Shown piece after piece: positions 1 through 9,344 of a DNA stretch of 64,000 nucleotides. How positions within the stretch are numbered: position 1 is the stretch's first letter; every line of letters starts with the position of its first letter. Both the position numbers and the translations under genes were made by a program. Location of the stretch: positions 4,465,081-4,529,080 of the forward strand of contig OZ316895.1 in assembly GCA_973895155.1 (NCBI GenBank), written 5' to 3'. Below the pieces are notes generated by a model. The model was not told where the DNA came from. It worked only from the letters and a program-made list of their open reading frames with translations, and ran no database searches. This stretch comes from Marsupella aquatica (taxonomy: Eukaryota > Plantae > Marchantiophyta).

Positions 1-66
1 ATCAACAGAGATCTTCTACACCTTCCTGCCCAAAGCTTCAATCTCATGCGAGTTTGATTCTTCTTT

Positions 67-640
67 CTATTTATGTTTCTTCATAAGTTTCTTGGCCTCC
101 TTAAGTAACCTCTCTTTCTTCTCTGCCTTGCTATCCTCTAGGACCTCCTCATCACGGTCTTTGTGGCTACTGCTTCGACGCCTCTTTTTTTGCTTCTTAC
201 TGTTCTTCTCTTTTGAATCTTTTTTGCTCCTCCGTGAGCTTCTCCTCAAGTTGTGCTCCTTTCGTGTCCTCTCTCTCTTAGGGCGCTCCCCATCGCTGTT
301 CTTCCCAAGGACAAAGAGTGCTCTGAAGAGGTAGAGCTTGACGAAAGGGAGGCTGGCGAGTCAGAATCAGACGATTCATGCTTTGTCCTTTGTTTCATCC
401 GAGAGCGATCTTTCCTCTCTAGACTGCAACTTCAACTTTGGCTCCGGCTTCAATGTCAATGGCTCTTCTTGTCACTCGACGCTCCTTCTTGCTCTTTGTC
501 TCCATCTCGAGCACGCCTGTTGTGGGGCGAGTCTCATTGTCCATCAGCCTCCTTCTTGTCCAAAGAATTGGGCCCACTTGTGCTCCATCGCTAATGTTCT
601 CTCGTCCCCCATTTTGTTTCGTGGAAGAAGCTTAGAGTTA
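67..640 (-). pseudogene. Decayed Lys/Arg/Ser-rich (RS/KR low-complexity) protein C-terminus abutting the MOR1 fragment
   Basis: Minus frames give SRMKQRTKHESSDSDSPASLSSSSTSSE and SKKQKKRRRSSSHKDRDEEVLEDSKAEKKERLLKEAKKLMKKHK*, with several stops and frameshifts upstream. Family not recognised. Confidence 0.4.
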
Positions 641-644
641 AAGC

Positions 645-935
645 TTCAGCTCGTAGTGATCAATCTCCAGCTCAAACTCTTTGGCCTGCTCTGCTCTGAT
701 CTTTCTCGTTGGCCCGGATACTCCGGCCACACTCTCCACCTGAGCCTCAACTCTTTCCTCATGGCGTCTCACATTTTCTCGAAGAGCATGGACTGATCCT
801 AACGTTCTGGTCCGAATGCTGAAAGAGCTCAGGCAGCATTTTCTTGCCAATTGAATGAGCAAGTGCGGAATTGGCATCCACCCTCACCTTCCAGTTCTTG
901 TGTGCGAGCCTCTCCTCCCATGATAGCTTCTTTGG
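645..935 (-). pseudogene. MOR1: Internally deleted MOR1/XMAP215 (TOG-domain microtubule polymerase) N-terminal fragments
   Basis: Minus-strand peptides KKLSWEERLAHKNWKVRVDAN, KKMLPELFQHSDQNVR and QSMLFEKM*DAMRKEL/AQVESVAGVSGPTRKIRAEQAKE match non-adjacent segments of plant MOR1 (KKLPWEDRL.HKNWKVRNEAN; KMLPELFDHQDQNVR; SILFEKMRDTMKKELEAEL..PTRKIRSEQDKE). Contains a stop and frameshifts. Confidence 0.8.
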
Positions 936-1225
936 GAGCGAGGCGAGGCATTTGGATGATGCAGTACGAGTTAGCAAAGTCACTGCGTCACGCCATTCAG
1001 AGCATATGGACACATTCATAAGTCTCTGGTCAATCCCTCAACAAACTCCTTCATTACAGCCTATGTTGTTGTCCAGACCGATCGATTGACCTGCGTTTTG
1101 TAGCTCCAAAAAGTTTTAAAGTTGTTGTGAGGCAAGGTCTTTATGTGCTCGTTCATGCCATTCATTTGTTGCAGGAACTGTTGAAGGTGCTGCAGGATTT
1201 CTGCCCCTGCCATTTGTCGACAGCC

Positions 1226-3210
1226 ATGGCAAGACATCCCCGTGGGACAGCACACGAGAAGCGACGGACTTACTCACTTAAGTTCAAGTTGGACGTCATT
1301 CGAGAGTATGACCCAAACGTCAAGGGGCAAGGCTTTGGGGCACTTGCCAAAAATTTTGGAGTGCCCCGATCCGCTTTGAGAGGATGGTATGAGAAAAAGG
1401 CAGAATTGCAAGCCTCTCTTAAGGATGACAAGATCTCAACCTGAAAATCTCGTAGGTTAAGGGGAGGTGGGCGGAGGCCATTGATGCCCAAAATGGAGGA
1501 GGAGCTTCATAATTGGATCCTGGCGCAAAATGAGAAGGGGTTGAGGGTGAAGGATTTGTACATCTCTAAGATGGGCTTGAAGATTGCTGAGAGGATGGCT
1601 ACCAACACCCGACAATGAGGAATTGATGACGTTTAAAGTGTCAACAGGTTGGTTGGACAGGTTCAAAAAGCGACATGACCTGGTGTCGAGGAGACATACA
1701 ACTAATTGCAAGTTACCAGACAATGCTGCTGATTTGTGTTGACCATTCATTCAGGAGTGCCAAGAATTGATTGACACTCACAAAATCAAGCCCAAAAACA
1801 TTATCAACATGGACCAGGTGCCACGGTACTATGAGACAGAGCCGAGGTCAACCATTACTACCCGAGGCAGTCGAACCGTGATGATGAGAAAAGGTGGTAC
1901 CAGCCATAAACGGTTCACTATTACCTTGTCCATAACAGGGGAAGGCAAACATTTGAAGCCACACATTCTAATTTCAAAACGGAAGAACAAACCTGAAGTC
2001 CCGCTTGGCGTGTTTGTTGAGGTTAACCAAACTGGTAAATAAAATTCTTTCATTATCTATTTGTGTGGAGAGCTTTTCTTTCTGACTTTCTTATGAAGCA
2101 TGGTATTTAGGGAGAATGTAAAGATAATTTTTTGTAATTGTACTTAATGTAACCAAATTTGTAAGGATGCAGGTATGTGGAATGAACGGATATGCTGGGA
2201 ACACTTCAATGAAACAGTGATGAAGCGAGGTGAGACCCAATTCTACCGGGAGCCCACTTTGTACATCATTGACACATATGGTCCCCACCTGAAGTGGCCC
2301 AAGGCACATGCGAAGGTACTGGAGGACTACAATGTGTTTGTGCGTATTGTGCCAGCGAACTTGACCTCCCTATTGCAGCCTCTTGACGTTGCAGTGAACC
2401 GAAGCTACCAGGCAGATTATGCGACGCAATACGACACTTACATTGCAGATGCCTTAAGTAATCCACAGATGCAAACAACTGCTGGGAACCCTAAAGTTCC
2501 AGCTGCCAAGGTGGTGACAGAATGGGCACTTTCATGGATTGACAATTGTGAGAAGGAGGACATGGCAAATGCATTTAGGGTAAGATGAAATTTTGTTTAA
2601 TTTTATGTGGCATTTGGCATATATTTCTTGATGAATCCTAAATTGATGTATCTTGTACTCACAGGTTTGTGGCTTGGTGCCAAGCTCACAATTTGCAGTG
2701 GAAAACCTACATCCTCCACTTAGAGCATTGTACATGGCAGACTTGGACTTGGCCGAATGGAGTGAACAATATGGGCATGTACTTGAAGAGAGTGAAGAAT
2801 TGCGCCCCACTCTCCTCATTGAGCCACCTACATGGTTTTGTCCTGAGGAGGATTACTCTCTATTTAGATGCCTTCTTCGTTGCAACGGTATTCACGGAAC
2901 TGATGTGGATGAATATCTTGACACCTATGTGATAAAGTTGGTGGTGCACATGTCAATGTGTCCTGATCTTGATGACATTTTTGATGACAATGCTGCAGCT
3001 GATATGGTGAGTGGAGAAATGGTGGCAAGTACCTTGGCAGTGTTTGCAGCTTCTCAATTGGAGGAATGGGAGATTGAGCTCACAGAAGTGAATCTGGATA
3101 TCAAGATCATCCAAAACTTTGTTTACAGGGTGGAGGAACCTGTGAAGCGAGTTCATTTAGCAAGAAGTGGCAATTATTTTTGTATGCAGCTCGATGAAGG
3201 GTTCATGTAG
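1226..3210 (+). mobile_element. pogo-family (Tc1/mariner superfamily) DDE transposase gene, two introns, inactivated
   Basis: N-terminal HTH (RRTYSLKFKLDVI...VPRSALRGW), CENP-B/Tc5 HTH (FKVSTGWLDRFKKRHDL), catalytic motifs NMDQVP / IIDTYGPH / LQPLDVAVN. GT-AG introns 2035-2172 and 2580-2664 join frames correctly. TGA at 1442 and ~1740 and a frameshift near 1610. Confidence 0.88.
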
Positions 3211-3671
3211 TGTTTATAAAAAACACTTGTTGGGTGATTCTTTTCTTGGGCATGTGCTCCTTGTGTCACTATGAGAGTTATGAGATCTATGTAAGGACTG
3301 GTTTGTTTCAATGAGAGTCGTATTATGTAACTCTCATAGGGACACAAGGTGAACTTGTCCAAGTCTCCTTGGTTATGTGATTTTATTGTGCTGTTAGAAA
3401 ACTTTTTATTGTAAGTTTGAGGCAACCAAACAATTGTCTTATGGTATGACATGTACTAAGTTCACAATAGTGACTTTTTGGAACAATTTTTAGATATTGT
3501 TGTTTGTCATAAATTTGGTACTTATGATTTGCAAGGTCTGTTCTCTTAATTAGCTTCCCTTGTAATTCCAGCGTTTGAATTACCTACACATTCCCAAACA
3601 CTTTATTTAAGACTTCAGTTTGTGCTTACACAATACATTAATCTCCTAACCTTGTACACAACGTCCTAAAC

Positions 3672-3870
3672 TCAAACACAACGCCATTTTCAAACACAAT
3701 GCCATTTTTGAATACAACGCCATTTTCGAACACAGTGCCACTAGGTTAAAAATCCAAAACCATGTCAAAAAAATTGAACACAACGCCCAGGGCGCTATAT
3801 TCGAATATAGCGCCCCCCGACCCACTATTCGAATATAGCGCCCGGGTGTTGTGTTCGGGGAAAGACGGTA
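3672..3870 (+). repeat. Right terminus of the pogo element: subterminal repeats, 26-bp palindrome, TIR ending in TA
   Basis: Repeated AACACAA(C/T)GCCATTTT units at 3675-3740; perfect palindrome GGGCGCTATATTCGAATATAGCGCCC at 3790-3815; end GTGTTCGGGGAAAGACGG-TA (reverse complement TA-CCGTCTTTCCCCG, pogo-like). Confidence 0.7.
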
Positions 3871-4298
3871 GGGGTGCACATTTCTTCCATCAATGGTCAG
3901 AGAAAACAGCTAATCGAATCCAACGGCTGCGGATCTTTCCTGCCCAGGAGCTTTTTTGAATTAGGACGAATGACAAAAAAAGGCAGGATCATTTATTATA
4001 GTTGTACAGTAGATGATTGCCCCTCAAAACTCTAGCTGGTATTCAATTGTTGTACACTATTTACTGTAGTTAGTGTTACTAACACTACTTGTGTAGCTTG
4101 CAAAAATTGGAACCACTCTTGAAATAATCAAGATTACTAACACTAACTCTGCAATAACAGTAATTGTGAGTGGTTCAATTAGTGTTTCCAATAAAACTAA
4201 TTATGGAAATCAACTCACATTATTTGTTGTATGAGTATTGATACCAAAACTGTGCCATGAAAGTTGACGAACCTTCTTATCAGGTGTAGCCACACTAT

Positions 4299-6839
4299 TT
4301 GGCTGTGAAGAATGTGAGCTATATAGGTGAATATCGTCGTGCGGTCCAGGCCCTTTCTCCCACCACACCAGCCCCACCTGGCGAGGTCACCTTGACGGCC
4401 CTGCAGGATCTCCATCCGCAGCCCTATGATCAACTCCCTTTGTTCGTGGAAGATTTTGAGCCTGAGGAGGATCTTCAGTTTAGTAGGGACCACTTCACCT
4501 ATGCTTTCCTCCATGCTCCGCGTTGCGCGGCTGGGGGCCCCTCTGGCTATGTCTTTGAGCATTTTCATGATTTATTCCCCCCTGAGGATCCTCAGTCTGG
4601 TTTTCCAGTTTTCTTCTCCTTTTGCCAGTGTATTGCTGCCGGCCGTTTGCCTCCTCCCGTCTCTCGGCTTTTGAGTGCTTCTCGTTTATTGGCCATGGCT
4701 AAGTCTTCACCGGGTGTTCGGCCCATAGCTATTGGAGAGGTTTTTCTTCGTCTGGTGTCTCGCGCACTTTCATCGCAGTATCGCTCTGCACTATCGGATC
4801 ATCTCTCTCCACATCAGTTTGCAGTGGGCGTTCCTGGCGGTTGTGAGATAGTTATTGCGGGTATTCGTACTACCTTGGACCTCCACCCTGATTGGGTTGT
4901 CCTCCAGGTTGATGTCTCCAATGCTTTCAATACGGTTTCTCGGGCAGCAATTTTTCGTGCTTTGAGGGCAGCGGATCCAGACATCCAGTCCCTTATCCCC
5001 TTTGTCCGTTGTTTTTATGGGTTTGAGGCCCCCCTCTTCTACAGTCATCACACCTCTACAGGAGTGTATACCACTCTTTCTTCTGCAGAAGGTACACGTC
5101 AGGGTGACCCTTTGGGTGGGCCTCTTTTTGCCATTGCCCATTTTACTGCTTTACGAGAAGCCTCCGCGGCTCACCCCCAGTGTATCTTCCCCTCCCTTTC
5201 AGATGACACCCACATCATTGGTCCACCTGTTGCTGTTACTTCTGCCCTCGCCACCCTTTCCACCCATTTGTTGGGCCTCGGTTTACGAGTTCAACCGGTG
5301 AAGAGTCGTGCATGGAGTCCAGCTGGGTTACCCTCTGATCTTGCGCTTCCCCCTGGGTTCTTACGTCCTGCCGACGGTCTTTGGGTCCTTGGCTCCCCAG
5401 TCGGTACCGCCTCCTTTTGCTCATCTTTCATTGCTGACGCTCTCCAGGCTGCCTTAGCCCCTACTCCTATGCTCCCTAAGTTAGCAAACTCTCAGGCAGC
5501 ATTTGGGTTGTTGTTGAGATGCATCCACCCTCGTGCGTCCTATTTGGCTCGGACACATCCCCCTACCGAGGATCTTTATCTACACCTCCGAGCGTTTGAT
5601 GTCTCCATTCGTGAGACTTTGGCCTCTCTTTTAGGGCCAGGTACTTTACTCTCATCTCCGTGGCTTCATCGACAGCTTAGTCTTCCTATTTCTCACGGTG
5701 GTTTTGGGCTTACTTCCATTGAGCGCCTTGCACCTTTGGCCTTCTTGGGCGCGTGGGCGGCCGCCTTCTCATTGTTGGCAGATCGTTTCCTTACTGAGGA
5801 TCGACCTTTTTTACTTTCATCTCTCATGGAGGTCGAGGAGGGTTCCCTCCCATTTTAGGTTCATTTGCGCATGGCGCGGTCATCATTACCCGATCCTGTT
5901 CGAGCTGCGTTACCTTCATTCCAGGAGTTTTTATCCTTGGACCCCGTCCGTCTTCAGGCAGACCTTGCTGGGCGTATGCACACTTTCACCCTTTCCAGCA
6001 TCCTCACCAAGGCACCTGACACGGACCGAGCTCGGATTCTTTCTTCCGGAGGGAAGGGCGCAGGAGGCTGGCTTCAGGCCAATCCAGTCATTCCTCACCT
6101 GCGGATGTCTTCAGCGGAGTTTGCGACAGCCATGCGTCTTCGTATGGGCTTGCCCCACCCACTTCTTGCTGGTTTGCCTCCTACTTGCACTTGTGGGAAG
6201 CCTTGTGATGCCACAGGTGTCCATCTTCTTTGATGCAGTTTGGGCGGCGAAACCATTTTTGTTCACGACGCTGTGAGAGATGCGACTGCTCAGGTTCTCT
6301 CTGGCTCTTTGGTCTGCGCGCGGCGGGAGGTGGTGCTCGAGTTACCTGGTCCTCCATCACAGCGGTTACGGGTGGATCTTACCATGGTCCGTGACGGTCA
6401 CCGTACTTTGGCAGATGTAGTGGTGGCAAACCCATTGCGCCAAGACATCATTGGGACAGCGGCAACAACGGCAGGGGCAGCAGCATCACGAGCAGCAACA
6501 ACGAAGGAGGCCAAATATGCTGCATGAGCTTCATCTGATAGCTTCCTGCCCCTTGCTCTTGAGATATTTGGGCGTCTCCATCATCAGTTCGACGGGCTTC
6601 TTCGCCAAGCTGCTCGGGATGTTCACGGCCAGATGGGTCCCACCGGGCCCCCGCTATCTGTTTTGACCACGCACTTTCGCCAACGCATTTCAGTCACCTT
6701 ACAACGTGCTCAAGCTCGGGCCGTCTATCGTCAATCTCTGACAGTGGGTGCTAGTGTGACTCCGCAGCGGCTAGCCCCCCTAGAGGACATTCCTGTCCCA
6801 CTTGCCGATCTAGTTTCGACACTTGATGTAGACCACTAG
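4299..6839 (+). mobile_element. 5'-truncated CRE/SLACS-clade non-LTR retrotransposon (RT + CCHC knuckle + restriction-like endonuclease)
   Basis: One reading frame broken by 3 stops (5856, 6231, 6525). RT motifs RPIAIGEVFLRL, HQFAVGVPGGCE, VDVSNAFNTVSR, GTRQGDPLG, SLSDD, VLGSPVG, LSLPISHGGFGL. Knuckle CTCGKPCDATGVHLL*C. RLE motifs HDAVRD, RVDL..DV, KEAKY, PLALEIFG. T-rich 3' tail at 6840-7100. Confidence 0.88.
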
Positions 6840-7733
6840 CTTGTTGCCACTTTTGCTAGGTATGATGAGGACCTCGGCGGTCCATTTGCGGTAGTTTTCG
6901 TTCCTCTTTCTTGGTTTTTAGGGGTTTCTTTTTGCTCACTTCTTTTAGTTCCTCTTTCTTGGTTTTTAGTGTTTCCTTTTGCTCACTTCTTTTGCGTTTG
7001 GTTTTGTCCACTTGGGACCTCTCTTGTTTATTCTTTTGTACTCTATTTGGCCTTTTTCTGTAAAAAGTATGTGTATATTCTCTTCTCATGTGAGCTGAAA
7101 ATATTATGGGAAACAAGAATTTTTGGAGAGTAGCATAGGCAAAGAATACATTAAGTCAAGAGAGCCTAACTAAACCATCACATTCATAAATTTTTCTGCT
7201 ATCACTGGGTTGAGACAACCTCATTCAATTATTAACTACAATAATTGAATAAATACAATAATAAATATAAATAGTATATAATAATATAAATATTAAATAT
7301 AAATAAATACAACTTTAAAGGAACAAAATCCCAAACCAGGAGACATGATCCCAAAGGGGCAAAAACCCAATAAAGGGGGAAAACAAAGGGAAAATTAGGA
7401 AAACACAAGAGCCAAGAAGCCAGAGGGCCTAAAAGCCAAAAAACCCAAACAGCCTAAGAACAAAAGCCATACTGAGCCACATACTGAAACACTTGGTAGA
7501 GCTCTGGGGTGGACAACATAAGAGGGTGACCAAGAGAGATTTGACTAGAAGCCCTAACACAAAATGCCTTAGCTTGCCGAAGGATAGTGAAAGCCTGAGC
7601 TTGTTGTAGAGCAACAGACCCCCGCTGCTGAAGGAAGCCAGTGAGGACTGAAATAGGGGATAGGGCTGTTGCTCAACACAGAAGACTGTGCAGTTCTCTC
7701 CCAAGTCAGCCGCTCCGCCCGCCCTCCGCATTA

Positions 7734-8378
7734 CAGTCTACCGTGTCTAAGCGCAGGCTCCCGGGAAGACACCCCGAGCCTGCAGTTATACACGGTATGC
7801 ACTACGTGATAAGTGCATGATATTCATATAATGCACTTATGGGTATGTGCCAGCGTTTGAGATTTGTGCACTTATGCACGGAAGCTCCCAATTTTGATCA
7901 GTCTGCTGCCACACACTGTTTCATGTGTTCACTGTTGCTCTTAATCAGTCCTAAACCTCCATCTCCTTCACATTCTCTTGTGTAAACCTAGTGATTGTGC
8001 TGTCAGGTCACACATAACTCTCTCGTACCCTAAACCCTCGTACAGGCCCTGCCCAAATGCTTTAGTGCACCTTAGTACTGTATCTATTTGTTTGCAGCAT
8101 TATTATGGATAAGTACTTGAAAGTACTCTATGTAATTCTGTCCAGCACTTATAAATAAAAGCATCTTGTCTACCGGAAGCACTAATTGATAAATGCAAGT
8201 GAACTCTTATAGACAGAATGCAGTTATGAATCTTGTCTTTTAGTGATGCCAAGATGCACTTATAAACGGTGCATTTTTGGGTGCATTTACAAAGGAATGT
8301 GCTCTATTTTTTGGGAAGACACCCTGCAATTATCCATGGAATGCAGTAATACACGTAGCACTTATCCACGGTAGACTG
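7734..8378. mobile_element. Tc1/mariner(pogo)-type MITE
   Basis: TA|CAGTCTACCGTG...CACGGTAGACTG|TA terminal inverted repeats with TA duplication; many internal TGCACTTAT motifs. Related remnants near 28830-28990 (inverted) and 47420-47664. Confidence 0.85.
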
Positions 8379-8497
8379 TACTCAGTCGCCCTCGGCATTC
8401 AGTCTAGAAACTTGAGCATCCTACACCATATGCTTTGGGCTGTCTATACCCTAGGTCGGTCCCCATTAGAACGAACCTAGGAATATTCGCCAAGTGA

Positions 8498-8552
8498 GCC
8501 GACATTTTCTTCACGGTAGCAACGTGTGGCAGTTCCCATTGGCGCACGTGGC
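8498..8552 (+). promoter_or_regulatory. DRE/CRT plus ABRE/G-box cluster upstream of the LTI65-like gene
   Basis: GCCGACAT at 8498-8505, ACGTGT at 8522-8527, CACGTGGC at 8545-8552; a second GCCGAC at 8764. Confidence 0.6.
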
Positions 8553-9344
8553 ACGCCAGGTGGCTCTGTGCTCGCCCAGTCTGCACTGTTCCTCGGGTTT
8601 GAGACCCACAAACTCAATCAGCTCATCATGCACCTCCAATCGTCCATGCTTTCGCTCGATCATTGAAGTGCTCCGTTTCGTGTCAGCTGCGAGCTCAGAA
8701 TTCGAGGAAGCGTGGTGTTCCGTGGCCGATTGTAATTGGAAGCAGACTGAATTTTTTTCCATTGCCGACGAGAATCTGATCTGAGGAGGCGAAGATCACT
8801 AGTACCAGTGGCTGATTGCGTTGTGTAAAGAAGGAAAGGAAGATCCGTTGCTGGATTTTGTAGCCACTACGCTAGAACTTGATCTCAGGGTTGTGTTGTT
8901 CGAAGGACACCAGTTTCTGTGGCCGGCTTGTGATTGGGAAGAGGATAGAAAGAGAGAGAGGTCGATCAGTTGACATCAGATCTGGCAAGTAGAAGTGGAT
9001 GATCTTAAAGTGGACTTTATAGTACTCTTTTTCCCTCTGCTCCGCTGATTTAGCACCTTGTCTCATTTGTTTGAGTCGACCGATCGATCGATCGATTGAT
9101 CGCAGCGGTGGTGGAGTGCTGAATGCCGCCGAGCGGCGTGCAAATTGTGGAACATATTACTCCGCACTTCGTTGTAGCTCCGTCTTAGAAAAGTAGATCC
9201 TTCTGTCTTGACCGCGATTTCAGGTGGCGTCTGTGGTGAGTGGCCTTGGTTACATCAGGCGAGACGATTAATTGGCTGTCTAGAGGACCTGAGACGAGAA
9301 CAGAGCGCACTAGGTTTATCTGCACCAGCCAGCACGGAGGGTAG

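Noticed and set aside
4299-5858. RT as a group II intron, retron or DGR-type enzyme
   Set aside because: The downstream CCHC knuckle plus RLE motifs in the same frame identify a non-LTR retrotransposon.
7250-7730. Similarity to the inverted sequence at 29870-30140 (possible LINE 3' tail or SINE)
   Set aside because: Only patchy low-complexity similarity; boundaries and class cannot be supported.
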